Positions 31,734 to 43,688 of a stretch of DNA of 64,000 nt are shown piece by piece. This stretch comes from Bdellovibrionales bacterium (GTDB lineage Bacteria; Bdellovibrionota; Bdellovibrionia; Bdellovibrionales; UBA1609): positions 320,001-384,000 of the forward strand of contig CBDHDF010000002.1 of assembly GCA_965261545.1 (NCBI GenBank). The letters run 5' to 3'. The notes beneath the pieces are model-generated. The model ran no database searches. It was not told where the DNA came from and saw nothing but the letters and a program-made list of their open reading frames with translations. The translations under genes were made by a program, and so were the position numbers. Position 1 is the first letter of the stretch. The number at the start of each line of letters is the position of its first letter.

Positions 31734-32498
31734 ATGATGGAGGTATCAATGTCAGATAGTGCTAAGAAAGTAGGTCCTGAAGTTGTGTGGAAGCTTATGG
31801 AGAAGGTAGCAAAATCCCAAGAAGAGACAAGTCTCCAACAGAAGGAGACAGACCGTCATTTCAAAGAGATGTCCAAGGAGGCTGATCTCCAACGGAAGGA
31901 GACAGACCATCACTTCAAAAAGATGTCCAAGGAGGCCGAACTTCAAAGGGAGGAAGCCAAACTTCAAAGGGAGAAGGCCGACCTTGAAAGGAAGGAGACA
32001 GATCGTTATTTGAAAGAAATATCCAAAAAGGCAGATATTCGCCATGCTCACTTGGAAAAAAGAACAAGAGAACTCAACGAATTGTTTACGGGGCAATGGG
32101 GAAAACTGATAGAAAGCCTTGTTAAAGGTGACTTGGTAAGGCTTCTCAATGAAAGAAATATCCAAGTGATGGGGCTTGCCCAGGAAAATTTTCGCAGGCG
32201 GAATGGAGAAGAATACGAGGTTGATATCATTGCAGTCAATGGGCGGGAGGTTGTTGTTGTGGAAGTAAAAACCACTTTAAAAAATCAGCACCTTGACCAT
32301 TTTATAGAAAAGCTTGGCATGTTTAAAGATATTTTTCCAGAGTACAAAGACAAGATAGTTTATGGAGCCATAGCTTATTTGAAGGCTGATGAAGGGTCTC
32401 ATCACAGGGCTGAAAAAGAAGGTCTTTTTGTGATCCGAGCCACGGGGAATAGTGCGACCCTTACGAATAAGAAAAAGTTTTCCCCCAAGGTGTTTTAG
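31734..32498 (+). CDS. Coiled-coil + PD-(D/E)XK nuclease-like protein, copy A4 (254 aa)
   Basis: Paralog with a different upstream region and an ETSLQQK insert. Confidence 0.85.
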   Translation: MMEVSMSDSAKKVGPEVVWKLMEKVAKSQEETSLQQKETDRHFKEMSKEADLQRKETDHHFKKMSKEAELQREEAKLQREKADLERKETDRYLKEISKKADIRHAHLEKRTRELNELFTGQWGKLIESLVKGDLVRLLNERNIQVMGLAQENFRRRNGEEYEVDIIAVNGREVVVVEVKTTLKNQHLDHFIEKLGMFKDIFPEYKDKIVYGAIAYLKADEGSHHRAEKEGLFVIRATGNSATLTNKKKFSPKVF

Positions 32499-32681
32499 AG
32501 GTATTTGGGTGTTCTTAAGGCACTGTACCTATTCAAGGGGGCAGGGAGTTTACAGAGAGAGATTTATATTTTCTCTGGTAAGAAGGAGCAATTTACCTCT
32601 TGAACTCTGCGACCCCCATGAATGTTGCTCATGAGCAGCTTGCCTTTTTGGGTTCGTCGTTGTGTCGGAAAAGAGTTGTTC

Positions 32682-33692
32682 TCAGGATTTTGTGTTTTTG
32701 ACTTTTTTACGCAGCTTTTCCACGTCTTTGGAAGTGAGTCTAGTACATAGACAAATCGCTTCTACCTCAAAGCCATTTTGAATCATTCGTAATGCCATCT
32801 CTTCACGACCCTCTTCGCGACCCTTTTCAAGACCCTCTTCACGACCCTCTTCGCGACCCTCTTCACGACCCTTTTCAAGACCCTTCTTAAGGCCCTTTTC
32901 CTCAGCTTCATCCAAAGAACATTGCAATGCTGACATAACTCTTTGATCCTCCTCGATACTTTCTTTTTCAATCTTACTGAGCACACTTAGCGTGAAATTT
33001 GAATCGTTTCGGTGGATATAATCCACCGCCTTTTGAATAAGGAACTTTTGATCCTTCTCACCCAAGTTTGTACCCATCTGAAACAACTCCACAATGGTCT
33101 CATGGCGAAGCTTCCAGATACTACTCATTATAAGCAAAATCGGCCTAGAAAGCAAATTCCTGCCAACTCCATGGTAAAGGTTTATATCATGGATATTCAA
33201 CAACTTACAACGAAAATTGAGGATATTCTTCCCAAATTTTTGTCTTAAAACGGGAGTGAGCCCATCCAGAGAATCTTGAAAATTCAGGGGGCCTCTCCAG
33301 TGTTTTTGTCGTCCGTGATAGACCAGTATGGGAATGACTGGGTAATTCCAACGATTGTAAACAAGAGTCTGGTACCTCAGAATCTGCTGGAGTACTTGAG
33401 AATCCTGATGACTTTTGTGTTCGAGCAGAAAAAAAAGACGCACTCGTTTTTTGGACCCCTTGACTTGAACTGAGAATAGGAGGTCAATACGCCGCTCATT
33501 GCCCTCTTCATCTGTAAAGACAGTTATTTCTGGTTTGAGAGTTTTCCAGTTAAAGATCTTAAACTCCTGTGTCGTCAAGACAAGACGGAAAATGTCTAGG
33601 CAATATCTCTCATTCAGGAAAGTTTCATTGAATAGAGCATTATGGGCCTGAGACTGTTGTTTTCTTTTTTCTGAGGTTTTCTTTGGCAACAA
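32682..33692 (-). CDS. Rpn family nuclease, copy R3 (336 aa)
   Basis: Near-identical to R1, with an expanded GREE/GLEK tract. Confidence 0.9.
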   Translation of the reverse strand: MLPKKTSEKRKQQSQAHNALFNETFLNERYCLDIFRLVLTTQEFKIFNWKTLKPEITVFTDEEGNERRIDLLFSVQVKGSKKRVRLFFLLEHKSHQDSQVLQQILRYQTLVYNRWNYPVIPILVYHGRQKHWRGPLNFQDSLDGLTPVLRQKFGKNILNFRCKLLNIHDINLYHGVGRNLLSRPILLIMSSIWKLRHETIVELFQMGTNLGEKDQKFLIQKAVDYIHRNDSNFTLSVLSKIEKESIEEDQRVMSALQCSLDEAEEKGLKKGLEKGREEGREEGREEGLEKGREEGREEMALRMIQNGFEVEAICLCTRLTSKDVEKLRKKVKNTKS

Positions 33693-34023
33693 TGTCAGTC
33701 TTTCAAGTGAAGAGGGTTTAAGATGGGGTGGTTTAAGAAGATTATGGACAAGTGTATGAGTATGAGCAAGTGAGCGGAGTTATCTGTTCATAAATCATCA
33801 AGACAAGATAAAAGGGGGTGGGTTCTCCGGTCAAGTCAGATCAAGTCAGAAAGTGGATTGGGGATGGTACCTCTAGTGAAATTACATCCCATGATGACAG
33901 CGATATCACTCATACCTAGCCGATTCAGGAGACCATACCGTCATTATTTGGGGGGAGCTTGAGGCTTGGTATTTCAACAACAACATAGAAAAAGTGTGAG
34001 TTCTGACTGGATATAAAATTTAC

Positions 34024-34768
34024 TTGCAAGGCACTGTCGAGGCTCATGCCCTTTTACCTATATTTTTATATTCAGTCAGAATTCACGAAAAAGTTTCAGA
34101 TTTGAATTTTTACAAGATTTATAATTCCCGTGAGGTGGATGTGATTATCAAGACCAACTCCTCTTTCGTCCATGAGATTTTCCACCCCACTCTCAATAAA
34201 GAAGCTTATGGAGCCTTTTACAGTGGTGAGTCTGTGAATACAGCGAATTTACTGAGCCCTTTACAGGAGAGCGCTCCGCTTGAAGAGTTATGGGAACGAC
34301 AAGGACTATAAGAGCCAAAAGAACAGAAAGAAAAGACTGGAGGAGATTCTAAAAAAGGCGTCTTGTGATGAGAAAACAAAGTATCTTCATTTTCCATGTG
34401 CCTTTTTGGTCAAGAAATATAAGTCGGCCCTTAAGAATATAAATAGCTCTGTGGTCCGAAAGCGTGTGCAGTCTTATTCCATTTTGAGAGATGAGGGACT
34501 GATTCCCAAGGATATCAGCTTTATTCAAAAGGCCATGGAAAATTTGCCCCCCATTGAGAAGAAGAAAGCGGTTTTGCCCGTGGCCAATATGGTTGTCATG
34601 GAGCTTGTCAAAGAGGGGGAGTTTGACCTTGCCAAGACTTGGATCCACAAGCTTGAATCTGAGGGTTTTCTCACGCCCGATGAGTCCCAAGGAATCATCA
34701 AAGGACTGGAGCAGAATATCCAAAAGATTCAAGAGGTTCGGGAGATGATGGCTGCTTCGCCCGTATGA
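34024..34768 (+). pseudogene. Spermidine-synthase-like 3' fragment S3 (frameshifted)
   Basis: Two overlapping ORFs, 34024-34311 and 34280-34768. Confidence 0.8.
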
Positions 34769-35129
34769 TAACCCTTCTTGGGGTGTAATTCATGCGCCTT
34801 GCTCCCCACCCACGCCCATGAATGTTACCTTGGGGCATTGGGGACTTCGGGGGTGGCCCATTCAATCGAAAATAGACAGAGAAAGTCATGTAGGGGGCCA
34901 TACACCTTCTTGGCTGATTGGCTCATTCAGTTTTACAATCTGATCCCTTCAAAAGATACACACACCTCCCTTAGGAATTTGCGGAGATGGTGGGAGTGGT
35001 GGGTATGGGAGCGATTCTTGCATATGTGCTTGTGAGGAGATATAAGTTTTTATTGAGGCCCTAAAATGGCCGATTTTAATCCATTCACCCGTTCATTTGA
35101 TCATTTGATCATTCGAATGAAGGCGATGA

Positions 35130-35961
35130 ATGAAGGAGGCGTCAATGTCAGATAGTGCTAAGAAAGTAGGTCCTGAAGTTGTGTGGAAGCTTATGGAGAA
35201 GGTCGCAAAATCCCAAGAAGAGACAGACCGTCATTTTAAAGAGATGTCCAAGGAGGCTGATCTCCAACGGCAGGAGAGAGACCATCACTTCAAAAAAGAT
35301 GTCCAAGGAGGCCGATCTCCAAAGGAAGGAGACAGACCATCACTTCAAAAAGATGTCCAAGGAGGCCGATCTCCAAAGGAAGGAGACAGACCGTCATTTT
35401 AAAGAGATGTCCAAGGAGGCCGAACTTCAAAGGGAGGAAGCCAAACTTCAAAGAAAGGAGACAGATCGTTATTTGAAAGAAATATCCAAAAAGGCAGATA
35501 TTCGCCATGCTCACTTGGAAAAAAGAACGAGAGAACTCAACGAATTGTTTACGGGACAATGGGGAAAACTGATAGAAAGCCTTGTTAAAGGTGACTTGGT
35601 AAGGCTTCTCAATGAAAGAAATATCCAAGTCATGGGGCTTGCCCAGGAAAATTTTCGCAGGCGGAATGGAGAAGAATACGAGGTTGATATCATTGCAGTC
35701 AATGGGCGGGAGGTTGTTGTTGTGGAAGTAAAAACCACTTTAAAGCTGAAGCACCTTGACCATTTTATAGACAAGCTTGGCATGTTTAAAGATATTTTTC
35801 CAGAGTACAAAGACAAGATAGTTTATGGAGCCATAGCTTATTTGAAGGCTGATGAAGGGTCTCATCACAGGGCTGAAAAAGAAGGTCTTTTTGTGATCCG
35901 AGCCACGGGGAATAGTGCGACCCTTACGAATAAGAAAAAGTTTTCCCCCAAGGTGTTTTAG
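35130..35961 (+). pseudogene. Coiled-coil nuclease copy A5, frameshifted in an A-run (possibly a consensus error)
   Basis: caaaaaagatg at ~35291 versus caaaaagatg in other copies. Confidence 0.7.
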
Positions 35962-36144
35962 AGGTATTTGGGTGTTCTTAAGGCACTGTACCTATTCAAG
36001 GGGGCCGGGAGTTTACAGAGAGAGATTTATATTTTCTCTGGTAAGAAGGAGCAATTTACCTCTTGAACTCTGCGACCCCCATGAATGTTTCTCATGAGCA
36101 GCTTGCCTTTTTGGGTTCGTCGTTGTGTCGGAAAAGAGTTGTTC

Positions 36145-37110
36145 TCAGGATTTTGTGTTTTTGACTTTTTTACGCAGCTTTTCCACGTCTTTGGAAGTGA
36201 GTCTAGTACATAGACAAATCGCTTCTACCTCAAAGCCATTTTGAATCATTCGTAATGCCATCTCTTCACGACCCTCTTCACGACCCTTTTCAAGACCCTT
36301 CTTAAGGCCCTTTTCCTCAGCTTCATCCAAAGAACATTGCAATGCTGACATAACTCTTTGATCCTCCTCGATACTTTCTTTTTCAAATCTTACTGAGCAC
36401 ACTTAGCGTGAAATTTGAATCGTTTCGGTGGATATAATCCACCGCCTTTTGAATAAGGAACTTTTGATCCTTCTCACCCAATTTGTACCCATCTGAAACA
36501 ACTCCCACAATGGTCTCATGGCGAAGCTTCCAGATACTACTCATTATAAGCAAAATCGGCCTAGAAAGCAAATTCCTGCCAACTCCATGGTAAAGGTTTA
36601 TATCATGGATATTCAACAACTTACAACGAAAAATTGAGGATATTCTTCCCAAATTTTTGTCTTAAAACGGGAGTGAGCCCATCCAGAGAATCTTGAAAAT
36701 TCAGGGGGCCTCTCCAGTGTTTTTGTCGTCCGTGATAGACCAGTATGGGAATGACTGGGTAATTCCAACGATTGTAAACAAGGGTCTGGTACCTCAGAAT
36801 CTGCTGGAGTACTTGAGAATCCTGATGACTTTTGTGTTCGAGCAGAAAAAAAAGACGCACTCGTTTTTTGGACCCCTTGACTTGAACTGAGAATAGGAGG
36901 TCAATACGCCGCTCATTGCCCTCTTCATCTGTAAAGACAGTTATTTCTGGTTTGAGAGTTTTCCAGTTAAAGAGCTTAAACTCCTGTGTCGTCAAGACAA
37001 GACGGGAAAATGTCTAGGCAATATCTCTCATTCAGGAAAGTTTCATTGAATAGAGCATTATGGGCCTGAGACTGTTGTTTTCTTTTTTCTGAGGTTTTCT
37101 TTGGCAACAA
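36145..37110 (-). pseudogene. Rpn copy R4 with several single-base indels (possibly consensus errors)
   Basis: Fragmented ORFs 36145-36402, 36383-36652 and 36621-36995; indels lie mostly in homopolymers. Confidence 0.75.
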
Positions 37111-38297
37111 TGTCAGTCTTTCAAGTGAAGAGGGTTTAAGATGGGGTGGTTTAAGAAGATTATGGACAAGTGTATCCTGAAATCCCCTTCAGTTATGACT
37201 AGGTTTCAGGACCAAAGGCTTGCATAAACCAAGACCTAAGACCTGCCTTCAATGAGAAGAATAGTGGCCATTATTTTTTTGTATACTCAAAATAAATAAA
37301 TCTTTGCCTCCCTTTGTTTCTTTTCGACTGGATTAAGGTATGGAAACTGAAGTACAATTTCATTATGAGGACAGGCTCGACAGGCTCTAAAGCAACGAAT
37401 ACACTATATTTCAAACCTGTGATCCACATGAGTTCCTATGTTAAAGGGCTGAGTAAATAGTCTTCTGCTTCCCTGATATTTCTCCCAAAACGACCTTACC
37501 TGTTGCTAACTTATAAAATTTCAAGCGATCTAATATTTTATAGACTTCATCTTTTGAAAAATCTTTATAAAGTTCCTTTTCTTTCATTACATGATCGATC
37601 CATGAAATTAGAATCAAGGCTATAAAGTTAATAAAAAGACTTCCTTTCATATTTTGAAGAGAATGCATTCTATTTCTTTTTTCATTAAGATTATGCCTTT
37701 AAAGAGAAGAATATTTTTTCTATACTATCTTTGTTTCTATACAAAGATAGTACCTCATCCCTAGAGATATTTATCTTAGAATCTGTTAGAAGGATGACGC
37801 ACCCCATGCGATTGATTTCTACCTCAAGATCATCCACATTTCTTTCTAAAACAAAATATTCATTCTCCTTTTTAATCTTAAAAAATTTCTTTTGAACTCC
37901 GAAAGTATCATTTATATAGGTGCGACAAGAAGATTCATCTTGAAACGTCTTCTGATAGAAAATATTTTCAAATTCATATATCTTTGCAAGAAATTTAGAC
38001 TCTTGTTGAGTTCTTTTTTTCTTGTCCAAATATAGGTGGGCTACACAATCTACCTTCCCTATTTTTATCTCTTTCTGACAATACCAATAGGTATCTCCTT
38101 GGAAACCAAATGCTGAAGCCGAAGACGAAAGGTTAAGAAGATAAGGAATTTTACAAGTTCTTTGGAAAGATTTGACACAAAGCTCATAGGGATAATATAA
38201 GATAGTCCTTTATCATCCAAGTCCTTGATATTGCTTTGGCTATAAAATCCTTTGTCTAAAACCAAACATTTTAGATTGATTTTGTACTCCTTAGCTA

Positions 38298-40445
38298 GTT
38301 TCTGTCCAGAAAGGCCCATTTTTTGTTCTCTGACACTCCCCATTGAGCCTCCCAATACCTCAATGGGGGAGTGAGAGTTGGAGATTTGCCCCACAAACTC
38401 TACAGATTAAGGGGAAAAAGGTCTTTAAGCGACTTGCGCCCTAGTTTTTTCGATTTGAAGACGCACCCCTACCTTTGGAAGATTTTAGCACCTTCGACCT
38501 GGTCCATTGCTGTTATTCCTAATGGATAAATTTAGGTGACAGTTGATAATTCATGTCTTGCCAAGACAACAAAATTATAGGCACAAACAGCATTCTTCAC
38601 ATACCTCTTAAAACCATCATGCCCTTTCCAGTAAGCAACTCTCATACCAAAACATCTCTTAAGGAATGAAATAACAGCCTCTATTCCGGCTCTCCAATTG
38701 AGAAGATTTTTAAAGACCCAAGCACTTTTAACCATCTTTAATATCTTCATTCCTTTTTTTTCTGGGAAGCAAACATCTTTAGCTCCCATCTCTTTGGCCT
38801 CTTCAAGATTTTCTTTTGAAGCAAACCCACCATCTGCACTTACTTTTACAGGGCAAGCCCCATAGGTTTGTGTCACTGAATTCATAACTTTTAAAAACAT
38901 ATCAGAGTCTGCGGGGTTGCCATCAGGGATCTGACAATCTAAAATCATGTTGCTTTGCCCTGAGGTCAGAAAGATTTTATGCCCAAACTCGACTTCTCTT
39001 TGCCCCTTTACAATAATGTCTGTATGCGGTTCAAAGATGGATAGGACCTTTTTTTCAGAAGATACTTTTTTCCCCTCAATAACTCTTTTTTGAGTTTGAA
39101 AGATGATTTTTTCCAGGTAGAAAGCAACATTTTCTAACTGTTTTAAACTCTTTTTCAAGGCCTTCATCTTCACACATCTTTTTTCGTTTTTTATCTTTCT
39201 GATAGTATCAGGCAATCCTTTGTTCAATTTGGTAGCGATTTTTAAGAACTCTTTATAATAAGGAAGTCTTTCTTCATCATTCTTGGAATTATTAATCTTG
39301 TAAAGCAATGTTTTTGTTCTTTTGACATCTTCTTTTGAAATAAGTCGCCAGAAGTCTTTGTTGACATTCTTACGAACTTTTTTAAATTCTCTTTCTGTAA
39401 CTCTTATGCAATCATATAAAAGAGATGCATCCGTTGGATGATGAATGTTTGATTTCGTCACTGTACTGTCCACTCTCATTTTCTTACACGGCTCAATCTT
39501 TTGATCTCTTGCATCTGAAACTAAAGAGGCGCTAATAATTCCCCAAGTTTCTTCACTTATTTGAACAATCAAGTCCTGTAAGGTGGAGTGAGCGTAATTT
39601 TCTTCCAATTCAAGGCCCAGAAAAGCTCTGGTGGATACTGAATCGACAAGATTAAAGGCTAACGCACGATAGGAAAGACCTCTTATGGATTTAAGAATAG
39701 CCACCTTGAGAACTTGCTCCGATGTCATACCAATATCACCAGAATCTTTCTTTTCTTTAACAAGGTCTTCATGAACCATATGGGCAAACTCTGGATGGCG
39801 ATCAATGATGTTATTAATTTGCTGCAATTCTGTACTGAGTTGGTGGTTAGGATATTGGGAAAAGAGTCCCAACTGTGTCTTCTTCAAATGGCGCATAGTC
39901 CCCCCTTTGGTGAAAGTTTCTCTTTAATTTTTATATTAACATACGTTTTTTTGAGGGAAAAAAGTGAGCAAGGATGTCTTTTAAGAAGAAAAAAATCAGA
40001 GAGGTTCTCGGAGAACATGGATAAGAATTCTACCTCATAGAGAGGTTCCCACGCCTCCTAAAACCTACATAAAAAATAAATGAAGAATAAAATATCAAAA
40101 ATTATTTCTCTGAAAAAACACGTCAAGTATTTTTTGAAGTTGATGCGCAACGTAATGTTATTTCCCTGAAGGAGGTTTGAAATCACCACGGTGGAAACAC
40201 AGGTTGATCCAACTCTTCCTCTCATATCAAGTAACGCAGTTGATAGCCACATAAGTCACTGAAAGGGAGGGGCTGTGAAAGGTTCGTCAAGAGAGGGGGA
40301 GGGGAACTTATTTTATTTTTCCGTTTTATGTAAGTAACTGAATTTACACGGATTATGTTTGATGGACTCCATTTTAAAGCATAAAATCTAAAGGGAAGGC
40401 ATGTAAATACTTAAAACTACTTAACTTTCTTCCCTGGACAGGAAC
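38298..40445 (-). mobile_element. IS5/ISNCY-like element (2148 bp) nested in the IS1634
   Basis: Termini GTTTCTGTCCAG / GTTCCTGTCCAG; 6-bp TSD TAGCTA; removing it restores IS1634 ...ILTLA|KEYKIN. Confidence 0.88.
38532..39896 (-). CDS. DDE transposase (IS5-like/ISNCY), 454 aa
   Basis: RVDSTV.SNIHHPTD..LL, SIFEPHT, EFGHK, ADGGF and RAGIEAVIS.LKR motifs. Confidence 0.88.
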   Translation of the reverse strand: MRHLKKTQLGLFSQYPNHQLSTELQQINNIIDRHPEFAHMVHEDLVKEKKDSGDIGMTSEQVLKVAILKSIRGLSYRALAFNLVDSVSTRAFLGLELEENYAHSTLQDLIVQISEETWGIISASLVSDARDQKIEPCKKMRVDSTVTKSNIHHPTDASLLYDCIRVTEREFKKVRKNVNKDFWRLISKEDVKRTKTLLYKINNSKNDEERLPYYKEFLKIATKLNKGLPDTIRKIKNEKRCVKMKALKKSLKQLENVAFYLEKIIFQTQKRVIEGKKVSSEKKVLSIFEPHTDIIVKGQREVEFGHKIFLTSGQSNMILDCQIPDGNPADSDMFLKVMNSVTQTYGACPVKVSADGGFASKENLEEAKEMGAKDVCFPEKKGMKILKMVKSAWVFKNLLNWRAGIEAVISFLKRCFGMRVAYWKGHDGFKRYVKNAVCAYNFVVLARHELSTVT

Positions 40446-41535
40446 TAGCTAAAGTAAGAATATTATTCAAAGTAGTCACATCATTGATGCTACAAGGATA
40501 TACTCTGTAACTAATTGGAAGACTCGCACTCTTAGACTTTGAATCTATTTTTATGTCTTGACTTAAAATTCCTAAGTTGGTTTGGTCCAAGTTATCGCCA
40601 TCTCTATTGTAACCTCTTTCTAAAAAATCATTGCCAGAACCATAAGAAGAAATAGATGTAATATCAAACATCACAGCTTGAGAAGCAGATTTATTCCTTT
40701 TAATCCATTCAAGAAAAAAATTCTCAATTGCTTCTTCATTACGACCAACCGTGAATAAGAATTTACTTATTGACCGTGAATCTAAATAGTTTTCACCAGA
40801 AACATAAGAGTCTTCGCACCAGAGGGGATACAAATAATAAGGCTCTTTCTTAATAACTTTGAAAAAAGATAAATAAAGAATTTCTTCATAATCTTCGGGA
40901 AAAATCTTTTTAAGTGCTTGTACTAAATTTAGCTTTTTGCTAATCTTTTTTAACAAGTGAAGAGAGCCAACATCCCAAGAGCCTGTGGGAATGGAACACC
41001 GAGTTGTAGGAATGAGTTCCCCCGTGGCCTCATCCTTTTTACCAAGATACACCCTTTTTTGACGAGGCTGCTTTTTCTTTTTATCCCAGTAGCTCGTGGA
41101 CTTATAGAGGTAGACCTTACCCTTGATTTTTTGCTCATATATGAAAGACATAGTCATAATTATGACTATGGATGCGTCGCATCGTCAATGTTTAGGGGAG
41201 ATAAAACCTCATTATGTTCGATTTGAAGAGAAAATCTAGGCTTAAGTCTAACACCTAGTCATAATTTTGCGGATTTCAGGGTGTATGAGTATGAGCAAGT
41301 GAGCGGAGTTATCTGTTCATAAAAGGGGGTGGGTTCTCTGGTCAAGTCAGATCAAGTCAGAAAGTGGATTGGGGATGGTACCTCTAGTGAAATTACATCC
41401 CATGATGACAGCGATATCACTCATACCTAGCCGATTCAGGAGACCATACCGTCATTATTTGGGGGGGAGCTTGAGGCTTGGTATTTCAACAACAACATAG
41501 AAAAAGTGTGAGTTCTGACTGGATATAAAATTTAC

Positions 41536-42281
41536 TTGCAAGGCACTGTCGAGGCTCATGCCCTTTTACCTATATTTTTATATTCAGTCAGAATTCACGA
41601 AAAAGTTTCAGATTTGAATTTTTACAAGATTTATAATTCCCGTGAGGTGGATGTGATTATCAAGACCAACTCCTCTTTCGTCCATGAGATTTTCCACCCC
41701 ACTCTCAATAAAGAAGCTTATGGAGCCTTTTACAGTGGTGAGTCTGTGAATACAGCGAGTCTACTGAACCCTTTATACAGGAGAGCGCTCCGCTTGAAGA
41801 GTCATGGGAACGACAAGGACTATAAGAGCCAAAAGAACAGAAAGAAAAGACTGGAGGAGATTCTAAAAAAGGCGTCTTGTGATGAGAAAACAAAGTACCG
41901 CCATTTTCCAGTGCTTTTTTGGTCAAGAAATATAAGTCAGCCCTTAAGAATATAAATAGCTCTGTGGTCCGAAAGCGTGTGCAGTCTTATTCCATTTTGA
42001 GAGATGAGGGACTGATTCCCAAGGATATCAGCTTTATTCAAAAGGCCATGGAAAATTTGCCCCCCATTGAGAAGAAGAAAGCGGTTTTGCCCGTGGCCAA
42101 TATGGTTGTCATGGAGCTTGTCAAAGAGGGGGAGTTTGACCTTGCCAAGACTTGGATCCACAAGCTTGAATCTGAGGGTTTTCTCACGCCCGATGAGTCC
42201 CAAGGAATCATCAAAGGACTGGAGCAGAATATCCAAAAGATTCAAGAGGTTCGGGAGATGATGGCTGCTTCGCCCGTATGA
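41536..42281 (+). pseudogene. Spermidine-synthase-like 3' fragment S4 (frameshifted)
   Basis: ORFs 41536-41955 and 41919-42281. Confidence 0.8.
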
Positions 42282-42653
42282 TAACCCTTCTTGGGGTGTA
42301 ATTCATGGGGGCGCCTTGCTCCCCACCCACGCCCATGAATGTTACCTTGGGGCATTGGGGACTTCGGGGGTGGCCCATTCAATCGAAATAGACAGAGAAA
42401 GTCATGTAGGGGGCCATACACCTTCTTGGCTGATTGGCTCATTCAGTTTTACAATCTGATCCCTTCAAAAGATAACACCACACCTCCTTAGGAACTTGTG
42501 GAGATGGTGGGAGTGGTGGGTATGGGAGCGATTCTTGCATATGTGCTTGTGAGGAGATATAAGTTTTATTGAGGCCCTAAAATGGCCGATTTTAATCCAT
42601 TCACCCGTTCATTTGATCATTTGATCATTTGATCATTCGAATGAAGGCGATGA

Positions 42654-43505
42654 ATGAAGGAGGCGTCAATGTCAGATAGTGCTAAGAAAGTAGGTCCTGA
42701 AGTTGTGTGGAAGCTTATGGAGAAGGTCGCAAAATCCCAAGAAGAGACAGACCGTCATTTTAAAGAGATGTCCAAGGAGGCTGATCTCCAACGGCAGGAG
42801 GCCGATCTCCAACGGAAGGAGAGAGACCATCACTTCAAAAAGATGTCCAAGGAGGCCGATCTCCAAAGGAAGGAGACAGACCATCACTTCAAAAAGATGT
42901 CCAAGGAGGCCGATCTCCAAAGGAAGGAGACAGACCGTCATTTTAAAGAGATGTCCAAGGAGGCCGAACTTCAAAGGGAGGAAGCCAAACTTCAAAGAAA
43001 GGAGACAGATCGTTATTTGAAAGAAATATCCAAAAAGGCAGATATTCGCCATGCTCACTTGGAAAAAAGAACGAGAGAACTCAACGAATTGTTTACGGGT
43101 CCATGGGGAAAACTGATAGAAAGCCTTGTTAAAGGTGACTTGGTAAGGCTTCTCAATGAAAGAAATATCCAAGTGATGGGGCTTGCCCAGGAAAATTTTC
43201 GCAGGCGGAATGGAGAAGAATACGAGGTTGATATCATTGCAGTCAATGGGCGGGAGGTTGTTGTTGTGGAAGTAAAAACCACTTTAAAGCTGAAGCACCT
43301 TGACCATTTTATAGACAAGCTTGGCATGTTTAAAGATATTTTTCCAGAGTACAAAGACAAGATAGTTTATGGAGCCATAGCTTATTTGAAGGCTGATGAA
43401 GGGTCTCATCACAGGGCTGAAAAAGAAGGTCTTTTTGTGATCCGAGCCACGGGGAATAGTGCGACCCTTACGAATAAGAAAAAGTTTTCCCCCAAGGTGT
43501 TTTAG
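42654..43505 (+). CDS. Coiled-coil + PD-(D/E)XK nuclease-like protein, copy A6 (283 aa)
   Basis: Paralog with an expanded repeat tract. Confidence 0.85.
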   Translation: MKEASMSDSAKKVGPEVVWKLMEKVAKSQEETDRHFKEMSKEADLQRQEADLQRKERDHHFKKMSKEADLQRKETDHHFKKMSKEADLQRKETDRHFKEMSKEAELQREEAKLQRKETDRYLKEISKKADIRHAHLEKRTRELNELFTGPWGKLIESLVKGDLVRLLNERNIQVMGLAQENFRRRNGEEYEVDIIAVNGREVVVVEVKTTLKLKHLDHFIDKLGMFKDIFPEYKDKIVYGAIAYLKADEGSHHRAEKEGLFVIRATGNSATLTNKKKFSPKVF

Positions 43506-43688
43506 AGGTATTTGGGTGTTCTTAAGGCACTGTACCTATTCAAGGGGGCCGGGAGTTTACAGAGAGAGATTTATATTTTCTCTGGTAAGAAGGAGCAATT
43601 TACCTCTTGAACTCTGCGACCCCCTTGAATGTTGCTCATGAGCAGCTTGCCTTTTTGGGTTCGTCGTTGTGTCGGAAAAGAGTTGTTC

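Larger units (their letters stand above)
37441..41157 (-). pseudogene. IS1634-family transposase, split by a nested IS and by frameshifts
   Basis: N-terminus YLYKSTSYWDKKKKQPRQKRVYLGK; FDITSISSY, GYNRDG, LDKGFYS and YRNKDSIEK motifs. Confidence 0.85.
37176..41280 (-). mobile_element. IS1634-family element interrupted by a nested IS
   Basis: Imperfect TIRs CCTGAAATCC...TTATGACTAGGT; 6-bp TSD GTGTAT; inserted ~65 bp upstream of the R4 start. Confidence 0.9.

Noticed and set aside
34255..38065. Cluster of single-base frameshifts as phase variation or true pseudogenisation
   Set aside because: The indels are private, mostly in homopolymers, and concentrated in one stretch, which is typical of long-read consensus error. 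This cannot be resolved without reads.
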